Shown: positions 1 to 10,889, counted from the stretch's first letter. The stretch: DNA of 53,828 nt from Candidatus Hermodarchaeota archaeon (GCA_048885865.1 JBHLLF010000007.1:62776-116603), one strand, 5' to 3'. Numbers and translations are program-made. Notes: generated by a model from the letters alone, not told the origin.

Positions 1-830
1 AGATAAGGTATGTGAAGAAGTCGGTGCCCCAGAAGTTCGGATTTGGAGTGTAGGTGAAACTGCCATCCAGATTGAAATGCAAATCCCCATTTGTGGGCAA
101 TTCTAGCCAGTATGCCTCGAGTGCGTTTCCTTCTATGTCATAATCATTAGCAAGGACCCCTGTTGCGGAGTCGACAACAAGAACGTCATCTTCATCCACA
201 ACATACATGTCATCAACAGCTACAGGATAATCGTTCACTGAGTTCACTGTGATTGTTACCATGGCTGCATTGCTAGTGAAGACTCCATCAGAGAGATAGT
301 ATGTGAATGAGTCTATACCATAGAAGTTTGCTTCAGGAACATACAGAAAGTTCCCGTCCGGGTCAAAGGATATAGTGCCGTATACGGGATAATCCACCAG
401 TACGGCCTCCAGAGGGTCTCCATCTGCGTCATAGTCATTCGCCAGTACTCCCGCTATTCCAGCACCATAGGTGGATAGCGCAGTGTCTTCATCTATGGAA
501 TAGAAGTCATCCACAGCCACTGGCGCATCCTGCACTGCGTTGACAGTTATCGTGACTGTTGCAAATTCGCTTGCATCGATTCCATCATATACAAGGTATG
601 TGAATGAGTCAATTCCCCAAAAGTCAGGATTTGGAGTGTAGGTGAAACTGCCATCCAGATTGAAAATCAAATCTCCATTTGTGGGCAATTCTAACCAGTA
701 TGCCTCAAGAGCGTCTCCATCAACATCATAATCATTAGCAAGGACTCCTGTTGCAGAGTCGACAACAAGAACACCGTCCTCATCCATGACATACGTATCA
801 TCCAAAGCTACAGGATAATCATTGACCGGG
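1..830. repeat. Intragenic direct repeat (~1-240 vs ~589-828, offset 588 nt) in the Ig-repeat gene
   Basis: Near-identical stretches such as GGATTTGGAGTGTAGGTGAAACTGCCATCCAGATTGAAA and CTACAGGATAATC occur twice, 588 nt apart. Confidence 0.85.
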
Positions 831-2809
831 TTCACAGTGATCGTGACAATTCCAATGTCTGTCAATTCTCCATCTGATACCTCATAGCCGAATGAGTCCA
901 CCCCGTACCAGTCGGGATTCGGCGTATATATGAATGAGCCATCTGGATTCAACACAAGTAATCCATGTGAAGGTCCAGACACTAGTATTGCTGTTAGTGC
1001 ATCGCCATTTTCATCAGTATCATTGGCAAGAACACCGTCTACCACGTCAATATTGAGAATAAAGTCCTCATTTGTGGTGTAGAGATCATCAACGGCGACA
1101 GGAGGTCTATTCACCGGAATCACAGTGATAGTGACCGTCGCCGTATCCAACAACATCCCATCCATTACTTGGTAGACAAACGTGTCTACCCCGTACCAAT
1201 CCGGATTCGGCGTATAGGTAAATGAACCATCCACATTGAAATCCAATAATCCATGCGACGGATATGTTACAATCTGAGAAGCTAGTACATCATCATCAGG
1301 ATCAGTATCATTTACAAGAACACCTGATAACGCGTCAATAATCAGTGGAACATTCTCATCGGTAATATAGAAATCGTCTTGAGCTCTTGGCGCATCGCCA
1401 ACAGCACTCACTTCTATTGAAACAGTCACGATGTCGCTATAATCTGTACCATCGAACGCCTGATAGGTGAAGTAGTCTGTACCATACCAGTCCGCATCTG
1501 GGACATAGTTCAGAGACCCGTCTGCATTGAGAGCAACTGAGCCATGGAGAGGCGCATCTACTAGAACGGCTATGAGAGAGTCGCCATCAATATCAGAATC
1601 ATTTTCTAAAATGCCAGGCGCAACCAAGTCCAGCGGCGTGTCCTCATCGATGGCATAACTATCATCGACTCCCACTGGAGCATCATTGACTGGATTGACA
1701 GTAATGGTGACAGTAGCGATGTTGCTAACAGTGAATCCATCAGTCACACTGTAGGTGAAGGTGTCAACGCCGTTGGAGTCTGGAAATGACGTGTATTGGA
1801 AGGAGCCGTCACCGTAGAAAGATAGAGTGCCTGATGAAGGTCCTGATTCAAGAACAGCTGTTAGTCCATCACCAATGTCATTCAGTAGAACGCCAGGAGC
1901 GGCCACGGAAAGCATGACATCCTCATGAGCAGTAAAGCTATCATCCACAGCCTCAAGTGGCTCCTGAATGCCTCCATCCAGATAGCCTAGTCCAATCTTT
2001 CCACTCTGGAAATGCTGTTGAATGTAATCTTCTGATAGAAGTTCATCATATACAGCTACTTCATCTATCAAACCATTGAAGAATACAGACGAATGACCAG
2101 CCATCGGATTTTGACCATATCCTATGTTGAATCTTGAGTATGGTAGACCATTATACGGGTCGTTGATCATAATCGGAGTATCCCTCGTACCATTGACGTA
2201 GAAAGTAACCTGTTGCGTATACGGGTCCAGGAGTTCCATAAGTACAGCAACATGGTGCCACGTGCCCGCATTCACTCTCAAGCCAGACCGAGCCATATTT
2301 GCTGGACTTGTAGACCCATCGTATCGGTCGAAGTATGGGACTCCATCCTCAATTCCAAAGTGGTACATCTTGCTCATTATATCATTCCCATTCTGAACGA
2401 TAGGTCGTACACCTTGAGTGTCAGGAAGCATCACCCATGCTTCGATTGTGAGTAATTGCTGGATGGACAGCGAGGGATCACCTCCACACTCAACCAGAGC
2501 TTGAGGATATAGGTCCACCCCAGTTCCAGCTATTCCTGGAACCCATATTCCACCATACCAGAGAGTTCCATCATTTCGGCCAATACTATCGTGAGCAATC
2601 ATTCCACCCCCCTCATTGAACTCCCAGTATGAAACCATGCCTGGGGGAGGGGGTAGTTGTGCAAGGGAATGTGCAGATTCGGGTTGAGTCAGCTCGGTAT
2701 CTGAAAAACTAGTGACCGGTGTGTTGGCCCCCAATGTTGCACTTGACAACAGAAGAATGAAAAACGCGAATGACAAACCGATCAGGCATACCTTATGCTT
2801 CCTAAGCAT
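2..2809 (-). CDS. Large secreted/surface protein: signal peptide + LamG-like domain + at least 7 tandem ~95-aa Ig/cadherin-like (Big_9, tandem-95) repeats; runs off the left edge
   Basis: Not in ORF track. Manual translation from ATG 2809: MLRKHKVCLIGLSFAFFILLLSS...GMVSYWEFNEGGG..AHDSIGRNDG (LamG-like), then repeats of PVAVDDxYxxDED..GVLANDxDxDGD..DGSFTYTPNPxFxGxDxFTY. The frame at both ends is consistent. Confidence 0.9.
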   Translation of the reverse strand, partial: MLRKHKVCLIGLSFAFFILLLSSATLGANTPVTSFSDTELTQPESAHSLAQLPPPPGMVSYWEFNEGGGMIAHDSIGRNDGTLWYGGIWVPGIAGTGVDLYPQALVECGGDPSLSIQQLLTIEAWVMLPDTQGVRPIVQNGNDIMSKMYHFGIEDGVPYFDRYDGSTSPANMARSGLRVNAGTWHHVAVLMELLDPYTQQVTFYVNGTRDTPIMINDPYNGLPYSRFNIGYGQNPMAGHSSVFFNGLIDEVAVYDELLSEDYIQQHFQSGKIGLGYLDGGIQEPLEAVDDSFTAHEDVMLSVAAPGVLLNDIGDGLTAVLESGPSSGTLSFYGDGSFQYTSFPDSNGVDTFTYSVTDGFTVSNIATVTITVNPVNDAPVGVDDSYAIDEDTPLDLVAPGILENDSDIDGDSLIAVLVDAPLHGSVALNADGSLNYVPDADWYGTDYFTYQAFDGTDYSDIVTVSIEVSAVGDAPRAQDDFYITDENVPLIIDALSGVLVNDTDPDDDVLASQIVTYPSHGLLDFNVDGSFTYTPNPDWYGVDTFVYQVMDGMLLDTATVTITVIPVNRPPVAVDDLYTTNEDFILNIDVVDGVLANDTDENGDALTAILVSGPSHGLLVLNPDGSFIYTPNPDWYGVDSFGYEVSDGELTDIGIVTITVNPVNDYPVALDDTYVMDEDGVLVVDSATGVLANDYDVDGDALEAYWLELPTNGDLIFNLDGSFTYTPNPDFWGIDSFTYLVYDGIDASEFATVTITVNAVQDAPVAVDDFYSIDEDTALSTYGAGIAGVLANDYDADGDPLEAVLVDYPVYGTISFDPDGNFLYVPEANFYGIDSFTYYLSDGVFTSNAAMVTITVNSVNDYPVAVDDMYVVDEDDVLVVDSATGVLANDYDIEGNALEAYWLELPTNGDLHFNLDGSFTYTPNPNFWGTDFFTYLI

Positions 2810-3109
2810 ATCTCTCTCTCTCCGATGGTGCGATGAAAGCTATCAAGGTATACCGATATCGATTGAGTTGTTCAGGGCAAATGCGGTGTCGATGTGTCAA
2901 TTCTCCCTCGCAACGCGGCTCGCAGTATGTGAAAACTACTTATTAATCAGGCCCAATTTTCCGGATTTTTGCAATGTTTTCGGAAAATGACTCACATGGT
3001 CCATTTACCAGCCGCAGATTTTGAAAATAGAAACATCGTAGACTCATACAGGCATATTGATTAGGTCTCAACTGGATTTAATAGGCAGATAGCATATTAT
3101 GCGCGTAAT

Positions 3110-3436
3110 ATGCCGGGAGGTCAGAGTGTGTCCCATCCTAGAGATGATGTTTCAGATGTGAAGATGCTTCGGATTGGCAGAGCATACGGGAGATTTTTCC
3201 TTCTTGAGGAGGAAGAGGAGAGAGACCTCGCACTTATCCGAATTGCCAGAGCATATGGGGAGTACTTCAATAGTCCTCAGGGAAGAGGAATCATCATGAC
3301 TATGGCGGAGGGGGAAAAATTCACACTCAAGTTCGAGGAGGAGATACTCATAGTCACGAAGGTTGAGGGCAAAGCTGTTGTAGAGGCAATGAAGTTGGAT
3401 GGGCGTGAGAGTCTGTTCAAATACAGTCCGACTTAA
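3110..3436 (+). CDS. Hypothetical protein with internal duplicated motif (LRIGRAYG / IRIARAYG)
   Basis: ORF with coding-like composition and TTTAATA upstream (~3077); start uncertain. Confidence 0.7.
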   Translation: MPGGQSVSHPRDDVSDVKMLRIGRAYGRFFLLEEEEERDLALIRIARAYGEYFNSPQGRGIIMTMAEGEKFTLKFEEEILIVTKVEGKAVVEAMKLDGRESLFKYSPT

Positions 3437-3661
3437 TCAAAATGGATGCTCATAGAAAAGCATCCAGACACTGTTTGCTTCGCCTCAATTGTAGATTAGC
3501 AGTGAGGCCGGAATATTTAACTAAAAGGTCTTGCTAGCTCTTCCGACCTATTTGACTGCTTCAGCGTCATGAGTGCATAAGATGTGGGAGAACGCAAGCA
3601 GCAGAGGCCCCTTTCTTTCTTAGAAACCTAGGTCATGCAATATTAGGAGGAGAGATTAAGA

Positions 3662-6600
3662 TTGAGAGATAAGAAGATTGCATCAGTAGCCGTGTTTTTG
3701 ATCATGGCACTGATTGCAGTTCCAGTGCTGTCAACATTCAGTCTATCTATACTAGGACATCAGGATGAAGCCGTGATTGGCCCACAAGAGGACAGTGCAT
3801 ATACCAAAGCAGAATGCGCTGAAGTTCCCGAGGGTTTGGTTGGCTGGTGGCCTGGTGATGGAAATTCGATTGATATTCAGGGCCCAAATGATGGCGTATT
3901 AGTCGGCGATACCACATACGTAGATGGGAAAGTGGACCAAGCATTTTGCTTTGATGGCGATAATGATTATGTTGAGGTGCCAGACCATCCTTCATTAAAG
4001 CCAGGCATGTCTTCATTCTCCATAGATTTCTGGATGAGGACATCGGCATTAGGATTTCAGATATTCCTGTCCAAGGGTAGTAGCGAAGTGGGCAGCGGTG
4101 GTCTGATTAGATTTGATGTGTATGATGTGGGCGGGGATGGTAATGATAAAATCAGATATATACTTGGAGACGGTGACGGACATAATATTGCGACCACAGG
4201 TATCTCTTCAGGCGTCGTTAATGATGGACAGTTTCATTTTATTGCTATAACAGTCGATGGCCCAAATCAACTGTCCACCCTCTATGTAGATGGAGTAAAA
4301 GACTTCACGAGATCCATCGCAGGATTAAACTCCATAGACCCTGATGGTCCTCTTCTTTTTGGTGGAGGACTTGGAGTTGCAGACATGCAGGGTGAAATGG
4401 ATGAGATAGAATTCTTCGATAGAGAACTCTCTGAATCAGAAATTCAGGCCATTTACAACGCAGGTAGTGACGGAAAATACAAGCCAAGAAACATCGAAGT
4501 TTATCCCACAAGTCACGACTTTGGAGTAGTTGATGTGGGGGACTCGTCCTCAGAAATCGTCACAATAAGGAATGTGGGTGATGGGTATCTAGTAATCAAG
4601 GATGCTTCATTTGATGAGTTCTCATGTAGTGATTTCGAAGTGACCATGTTCTCTGATCAAGTGAATGATCCTTACACTGGATACACTGTAGGATCAGGCG
4701 AAGGAGGGAGTCTATATCAGAGCTTCATGGCGAACGCTAGTGGACTAGATGCGATAAGCCTCATTCTGACGAAAAAAGGAATATTTCCGAATACTGGATA
4801 TACAACTACAGTGAAGATTCGATCTGAAACGACAACGGGAGTGGTACTCGGAACATCTTCTGCGTTTGTTCCTGGACCTTATGTCCAAGGTCAGCAGGTT
4901 GAGGTCTTATTCAAGTTCTCAGGAACTCTGGCTACTATGATTGGAAACACCTACGTAATCGAATGGTTATATCCTGAAACACAGGCAATCCTAGATTGGA
5001 TGACGACTCCCTATGACTCGTATCCTGGTGGCAATTTCTTTTGGCATGATCACACTGCAGATGAAGACAGAGACGCGTACTTTGCCACCTATGTGCGAAG
5101 TCCTAGTGTGAGTGTGGATCAAATCAATGATGCTGAGTATGTTTCAACCATAGGTAGAGGAGTCGGATTAGGAGGGAGCTTGTTCCAGAGTTTCACGCCA
5201 TCTTCGACCACCTTGAATGCAGTGGTTCTTGATTTGGCAAAAGGAGGATCCTTCCCTGCAGATGGATTAGTGAACGAAATCAAGATTAGACAGGACGCAT
5301 ACGATGGGCTTGAAGTTGGCTATGCGGTAGCCTTCATACCTGGCTCCAGTGGCCCATACCCCCATATTCAGGTGCGTTATGACTTCCATTTGCCAGTCGC
5401 TTTAACACCTGGTGAAACATATGTCATTGAATGGATTTCACCATTACAAGGAGTGTCATACCTCAAGTGGAAGTATGCAGATGGTAATCCATATTCAGGC
5501 GGGATGATAATATTCGATGATGGTTCGTCACTACCAGACTGTGACTTTTTATTTGCTACATATGATTCTCCGATCTTACTCCCAAGAGGATTGTATTCTG
5601 ACCAAGTCTTGAAGACTATAGTGGAATATACCCCATCTTCAAAAGGAAGCTGTCTCGGTACGATGGAAATACAGAGCACCGATCCTGATGAGCCTATGGT
5701 AGAAGTCAAGTTCACCGGAGGACAGTCTGAGATAATCTACAGCAACTGGCGAGTCTATCCGTTCACTGTGGATGGAGAAATTACCACGGCTGAGGAATGG
5801 TCATTAGCTGTGCCCTATATGTTGCCGCTGCTGTTTCGAAGCGGGGGATGGGGAACACCTGACTACTTTGAAGAGCCAGCTGATGAACTGATGATAGTCC
5901 GTTTCATGAATGACGACGAATATCTGTATATGCTGTACCAAGTTCCTTGGCCGGGTCCATTGAGTCCCCCTGATTCAGCTGGAATATCTATGTGGGAATT
6001 CATCGGCCTTGGGCTGGTTGCGAGCGATGCTAGCTATACGGGAATGTTAGGGACATTCGACGCCTATGGCTGGAATGGTCAATATTGGTCTGTTGATGAG
6101 GCTGCAGGAGGGCAAAATAATGTGGAAGGAACTGGCTCCTTCGATGGCGAGTTCTATTGGTTCGAAACCCGCAAACCCCTAGACTCGGGGGATGGATATG
6201 ACTGGAGCCTCAGCCCTGGTGACCAGATTGGTGGAAGGGAATCTCCCAATAGTGGGTCCACTCTAGAGCTATCTCTCTGGGACGCAGATACGCAATCGCA
6301 ATACGGCTACTGGGCTACACTGCAGTTGAGCTCTGGAATTACGGAGTCGCTGACCTTAGCCGCAGATATTCAGGTGGAAACTGAATACGGCATTGTGGTG
6401 ACGGGTGAGAATATCTACATCGATGGTGCAGGTCACAAGATGAGCGGCAGCAGTGGCACAGGGATATTGGTCAGTGGAGGCGGCGGTATTACCATCATCA
6501 ACACTATCTTTGAAAACTTTGACACTGCGATACTGGTGGAGGAGAGTCATAGCCTTAACATATCAACGAATCATTTCTCGAACAACGGAATCGCGATATC

Positions 6601-7708
6601 TCTTGAGTCGAATTGCAGTGTGATTGGTCGTAATATCATCGCCAACAACATGGTTGGTATCCAAATTATCGAACAGGAGCAAATTGGTTATGGTGGATCA
6701 ATACAAGTTGCTTGGGGATACTGGAACTGGATCTTCCTGAATCTCTTCATTGATAATGCCGAGCAGATACAGGATGCAGGCATCAATACATGGTGCGATG
6801 GGTTGCTGGAGCGTGGCAACTTCTGGAGTAATTACTGGGGAAGTGATGATGGAAGTGGCGGCCGTGTAGCAGGCGATTTTGTCGGCGACACAGACCTTCC
6901 ACACGAGGGCGTTGATTGGTATCCATTGATGGACCCATCAATTCCAGAGCAATACGGGCCGCTGCTTTATGCAGATTGGTGGCTAGTATGGCGAGGCGAT
7001 TGGTCTTCTGTATATATCGAGGTCACGAACCCCGATGGTGAGTCAATCACAATTGATGTGAATGAGATTGGTCTCAATGCATTCTTTGTGGTTGACGAAG
7101 AGTGGGATCCAGAGAGTACCAAGATACTGGTGCTTATTGGTATCAATCCTGACTCAGACTTCTCAGGAGCATACACATTCACGATGCATGCTTTGGAGGA
7201 CCTGACATACTCCATGACATGGTTCGTCAGCGGACGAGGTGAAGTGTTACTCGAGAGGTCAGTGCAAGACGTACCACTCTTGAAGGATGACATCAAGCTT
7301 GTGGCTACGGAGATTGTGAAGAATCCCGATGGCACCATCGACCCAAATCCCTTGCCTCAGTATACCTTTGATGGCTTCTACAGACCTATCAAGAATGATG
7401 GCTCGAGCTGGTTCAAGAGAGGCATGCCAATATCAGTCAGATTCCGACTCTACGACGATGAGAGCATGCCTGTTGGTACCGCCCATGCCACTCTGCAATT
7501 TGCGAAGATAGTAAACGGATTGCCGAGCGACTTTCAGGATGCCACTAGCATCGGGTACTCAAATGATGCCAATATCTTCAGATACGATGTACTAAAGCAG
7601 CAATATGTGTACAATCTTGATACTAAATCACTCACAAAGGGTTCCTACGTATTAAGAGTCAGCCTTGATGATGGGCAACTATTCGACGTCATCATAACAC
7701 TACGATAA
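3662..7708 (+). CDS. Multidomain secreted protein: LamG + split choice-of-anchor-D/ASH-like Ig domain + two tandem jelly-roll repeats + DOMON-like + NosD/pectin-lyase beta-helix + C-terminal PxKF-like domain
   Basis: Signal peptide; GLVGWWPGDG..FDGDNDYVEV (LamG); PTSHDFGVV..VTIRNVG; NIIANNMVGI..GNFWSNY (NosD); FDGFYRPI..FKRGMPISVRF..YVYNLDT (PxKF). AGGAGG SD upstream. Confidence 0.88.
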   Translation: MRDKKIASVAVFLIMALIAVPVLSTFSLSILGHQDEAVIGPQEDSAYTKAECAEVPEGLVGWWPGDGNSIDIQGPNDGVLVGDTTYVDGKVDQAFCFDGDNDYVEVPDHPSLKPGMSSFSIDFWMRTSALGFQIFLSKGSSEVGSGGLIRFDVYDVGGDGNDKIRYILGDGDGHNIATTGISSGVVNDGQFHFIAITVDGPNQLSTLYVDGVKDFTRSIAGLNSIDPDGPLLFGGGLGVADMQGEMDEIEFFDRELSESEIQAIYNAGSDGKYKPRNIEVYPTSHDFGVVDVGDSSSEIVTIRNVGDGYLVIKDASFDEFSCSDFEVTMFSDQVNDPYTGYTVGSGEGGSLYQSFMANASGLDAISLILTKKGIFPNTGYTTTVKIRSETTTGVVLGTSSAFVPGPYVQGQQVEVLFKFSGTLATMIGNTYVIEWLYPETQAILDWMTTPYDSYPGGNFFWHDHTADEDRDAYFATYVRSPSVSVDQINDAEYVSTIGRGVGLGGSLFQSFTPSSTTLNAVVLDLAKGGSFPADGLVNEIKIRQDAYDGLEVGYAVAFIPGSSGPYPHIQVRYDFHLPVALTPGETYVIEWISPLQGVSYLKWKYADGNPYSGGMIIFDDGSSLPDCDFLFATYDSPILLPRGLYSDQVLKTIVEYTPSSKGSCLGTMEIQSTDPDEPMVEVKFTGGQSEIIYSNWRVYPFTVDGEITTAEEWSLAVPYMLPLLFRSGGWGTPDYFEEPADELMIVRFMNDDEYLYMLYQVPWPGPLSPPDSAGISMWEFIGLGLVASDASYTGMLGTFDAYGWNGQYWSVDEAAGGQNNVEGTGSFDGEFYWFETRKPLDSGDGYDWSLSPGDQIGGRESPNSGSTLELSLWDADTQSQYGYWATLQLSSGITESLTLAADIQVETEYGIVVTGENIYIDGAGHKMSGSSGTGILVSGGGGITIINTIFENFDTAILVEESHSLNISTNHFSNNGIAISLESNCSVIGRNIIANNMVGIQIIEQEQIGYGGSIQVAWGYWNWIFLNLFIDNAEQIQDAGINTWCDGLLERGNFWSNYWGSDDGSGGRVAGDFVGDTDLPHEGVDWYPLMDPSIPEQYGPLLYADWWLVWRGDWSSVYIEVTNPDGESITIDVNEIGLNAFFVVDEEWDPESTKILVLIGINPDSDFSGAYTFTMHALEDLTYSMTWFVSGRGEVLLERSVQDVPLLKDDIKLVATEIVKNPDGTIDPNPLPQYTFDGFYRPIKNDGSSWFKRGMPISVRFRLYDDESMPVGTAHATLQFAKIVNGLPSDFQDATSIGYSNDANIFRYDVLKQQYVYNLDTKSLTKGSYVLRVSLDDGQLFDVIITLR

Positions 7709-7718
7709 TCGTTGAAAT

Positions 7719-7756
7719 GAGTGCGTGCTCCTCCAATTCTGGAAGGACACGCGCTC
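7719..7756. terminator. Hairpin between convergent genes
   Basis: GAGTGCGTG...CACGCGCTC inverted repeat with inner TCCA/TGGA. Confidence 0.6.
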
Positions 7757-7812
7757 TCTTCAACTCGATGGCAATTTATTTGATAACAGGCACATATCGA
7801 ATGTTGACTGCG

Positions 7813-8991
7813 TTATTGTGAGTCCACTTTCTTCAATACAGCTAATGCTAGTCTAACCGCATCAACAAGAACTGAATCATCTATGTTCTCTGGTGTGTCA
7901 TCTAGGGTATGCCAGTTCTCAAGGAATCCTGCCTCTGAGATACCGACTATTGCAGTTGCACGAAGCCCAGCCTTGATGAAGTTGGATGAATCAGTGCCTC
8001 CGAACGGGGGAACTCCTGAAGCAACATCAAGTCCATATTCTTCTGCTGCATCGACTACTAAATCACATAGCTCCGGTGTCAAAGTCGTCAGATACATTGG
8101 CTCGGCAGTCAAGACATAGAGTGTTCCAGCACCCACCCCATCAAAGTTCAAGAGATATGCATCCTGAAGCTCCTCCCTATGTGACTCTGCAAAACGTTTC
8201 GAGCCTCGCATATTCTCTTCGCAGGCAAACGATACTAGCCAGACTTCCGTATGTTTGAGTGGGTTGTGATGCAGCCATTCACCCACTCCTAGGGTAACAG
8301 CCACTCCTGAGAGATTGTCATTAGCACCAAGGACTACTCTGTTTGAACGAAGACGAAAAGCAAAGGTCAGCATTGGAAATGCACTGATGAGGGGGATAAT
8401 GATCATCCAGTCAAACAAAGGAACAAGAGCAGGAATTAGCAAGAGAAAAAGGAACCTTACAATACTCAAAATGACGGTGACGAGTCCCAATCCGATTGTC
8501 AGAAGGATTAAGGTTGAGAATCGTCTTCCAAGTCGCTCATGTATAGGGAACTCATAGGCTGAATCATGATGTCCTGAAACAAGTACTATCTGCCTAGTGG
8601 ATTGGACAGGAGGAATCTTGCCATATACATTGGTCCCCGTTCTCTTGGGAAACAATGGGTCGACAATTTCTTTGAGGGCCATCATCTCTGCCACGAAGAG
8701 AAGAAGAGTGAGAGCTCCAAGAATCGCCGTGATTACTGGTAGTGTGAGATAGAATATCAGTCCTATCAAGTAAATCACAACAGAAACACGAACAACATCC
8801 AGGAACGCCGCAGGGTGACAAGAGAACTCCTCTTGAGCCGTAGTTTCACAGAATCGCGTGTACTCCTCTTCAATCCTCATGCCCGCCTCTCGCTCTTCAT
8901 CACTGGTTCCAAGACGCGGCCCAATGTCTTCACAAATCCTAGTTATGAACTCCTTTAGTCTAAGCCCCAATTCCAAGTCTAGTTCATTCAT
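7813..8991 (-). CDS. Membrane-bound M28-family aminopeptidase
   Basis: Zn-ligand motifs GHHDS, GANDNLSG, CEE, NFDG, WHTLDD; internal TM helices. Confidence 0.88.
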   Translation of the reverse strand: MNELDLELGLRLKEFITRICEDIGPRLGTSDEEREAGMRIEEEYTRFCETTAQEEFSCHPAAFLDVVRVSVVIYLIGLIFYLTLPVITAILGALTLLLFVAEMMALKEIVDPLFPKRTGTNVYGKIPPVQSTRQIVLVSGHHDSAYEFPIHERLGRRFSTLILLTIGLGLVTVILSIVRFLFLLLIPALVPLFDWMIIIPLISAFPMLTFAFRLRSNRVVLGANDNLSGVAVTLGVGEWLHHNPLKHTEVWLVSFACEENMRGSKRFAESHREELQDAYLLNFDGVGAGTLYVLTAEPMYLTTLTPELCDLVVDAAEEYGLDVASGVPPFGGTDSSNFIKAGLRATAIVGISEAGFLENWHTLDDTPENIDDSVLVDAVRLALAVLKKVDSQ

Positions 8992-9119
8992 GATTTACTT
9001 GCCAGCCTCGTCTTAGCGTGTGAAGCTGCTGGACGCAGCGCAACCTAAATCCTTGTTTGTGCATCAATGTAACCAGTTTTGATGAGGAGGAAGCATATGT
9101 GGACATTGCAGCTGAGATT

Positions 9120-10889
9120 CTATTGCCGGCGACGATATGTAATATGGGTGACAGCAACCCCTGCCACAAAAGAACCGACACCTACACCAGCCAGCAGAAT
9201 CAGATCAATTCCTGGGGCCGGAGGCGGATTGTATTCTTCGTCATACATGAACACCATTGTTTCTGGAGCAATTGTGGTGAACGAGCCTCCTGGCTTCTGG
9301 CTGAAGTTTGTCCATTCAGCCCTTATTGCATGAGTGTCATCTGAGATGTATAGTGGAATATATGGCATGTTCTCTGTTGCAGCTTTCTGAACTGCTCTTG
9401 CTGCTTCTAGAAACTCAGAACGTGTTGCAGACTTGTAATCATCCAGAATTTCATCGAGGGTGGTATTTATGCAACCATATGGATTCAGGCCGTTATCAAC
9501 ATACTCATCGGAATGCATAGACCACAATGGATGATTCGGGACTGCATGGATTTGAGAATATAGGACACAGGTTTCGAAGGTCCTTGGAACCATGTAGATG
9601 CCTTGGGTGAATACTAGATAAGCAAGTGGAACAACGTTGACCTCGATTCCAATCTTTTCAAGCTGAGGTTTTATTCCTATTCCCGTGCTTACTCCTATAG
9701 GATCTGATGATTCAACACACAGATCGTAAGAAAGCTCCACTCCGGCTCCGTTGTCCCTCACGCCATTCATATCGGTGTCTATCCATCCAGCAGCATCAAG
9801 AGTTTGCATTGCAATGGTAATGTTGTGTACAGGGAAGTTTCCATCAATATGATAAAGTTCAGAATAGAATGCGTCTGGGATTATACTCATAGTAGCTGTA
9901 CCAAATCCAAGCCTAGCCCTGTTGATCAGATCCTGGCGGTCGATGGCATAGGCGATCGCTCGCCTGACCTCGATGTCATCAAGGCCGGGCAAGACGGTGT
10001 TCATCCCTAGGGTATACCACCAAACAGTAGGCGTGCCAGTAATCAGCTTCAGCTCAGGTGCATCCAGAACTGTGTTGACGAAAGCTCCTTGGACCTCATA
10101 AAGCTCAGTGTCAACGTCGCCATTTATCATGGCCAGGATTCTTGCTTCTTGAGTACGAACCACATCGATTCTGAGTCTCTCAATATTGGGCAGTTGACCC
10201 ACATGGGGATTTTCTGGGCCCCACCAATCATCAAACCTTTCGAGTGCCGTATAGTCACCTGGGACACGCATAACATACTTGAACATACCTGAACCAATGT
10301 GAGCAGTAGTGTTTGTGTGATCCTCCCAAATAGCAGCGTCTTGTGCAACACCCTCACGAATGTGTTTAGGTAAAATAGGCACGTTTCCCAAAACGTCTAC
10401 AGCCCAGTTGACTACTTCATCAAAGTTGACAACGATATCTCGACCATTCACAGTAACATCCGATATATGTTGAGTGATATGATGAAACCTGATGCCGGTT
10501 GGACCATCTCTTGCGTATTCAAATGTAAACTTCACATCCTCAGGGGTAACTGGTTGGCCATCATGCCATTTTGCACCCTCTCTTAGCGTGAAGGTCACTC
10601 TGAATCCATCTGAACTCACATCATAATATTCAGCCAGCCAAGGTATAAGGTTGAGATTATCATCATATGACAATAGGGAGTCGTATACACACATAAAGTA
10701 CCACTGCGACCGTCCCTTCAACCCAAATAAAGGATTGAGATTCTCAAAGTCCTGATAATACGCCATGACGAACTCCATGACATCTTCTTGAGCACTCGCT
10801 GATGGTGTGTATATGATAACTGGAAAGAAAAGGAACAGTGCAAGCACAATCAACGCACTTGATTGCTTCTTCAGTACTCTCTCCTCCAA
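9120..10889 (-). CDS. ABC peptide/nickel substrate-binding protein (family 5, DppA/OppA-like) with C-terminal TM anchor
   Basis: VYDSLL..IPWLAE..TFTLREGAKWHDGQPVTPEDVKFTF, VRRAIAYAIDR, PYIPLY. Confidence 0.92.
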   Translation of the reverse strand: MEERVLKKQSSALIVLALFLFFPVIIYTPSASAQEDVMEFVMAYYQDFENLNPLFGLKGRSQWYFMCVYDSLLSYDDNLNLIPWLAEYYDVSSDGFRVTFTLREGAKWHDGQPVTPEDVKFTFEYARDGPTGIRFHHITQHISDVTVNGRDIVVNFDEVVNWAVDVLGNVPILPKHIREGVAQDAAIWEDHTNTTAHIGSGMFKYVMRVPGDYTALERFDDWWGPENPHVGQLPNIERLRIDVVRTQEARILAMINGDVDTELYEVQGAFVNTVLDAPELKLITGTPTVWWYTLGMNTVLPGLDDIEVRRAIAYAIDRQDLINRARLGFGTATMSIIPDAFYSELYHIDGNFPVHNITIAMQTLDAAGWIDTDMNGVRDNGAGVELSYDLCVESSDPIGVSTGIGIKPQLEKIGIEVNVVPLAYLVFTQGIYMVPRTFETCVLYSQIHAVPNHPLWSMHSDEYVDNGLNPYGCINTTLDEILDDYKSATRSEFLEAARAVQKAATENMPYIPLYISDDTHAIRAEWTNFSQKPGGSFTTIAPETMVFMYDEEYNPPPAPGIDLILLAGVGVGSFVAGVAVTHITYRRRQ

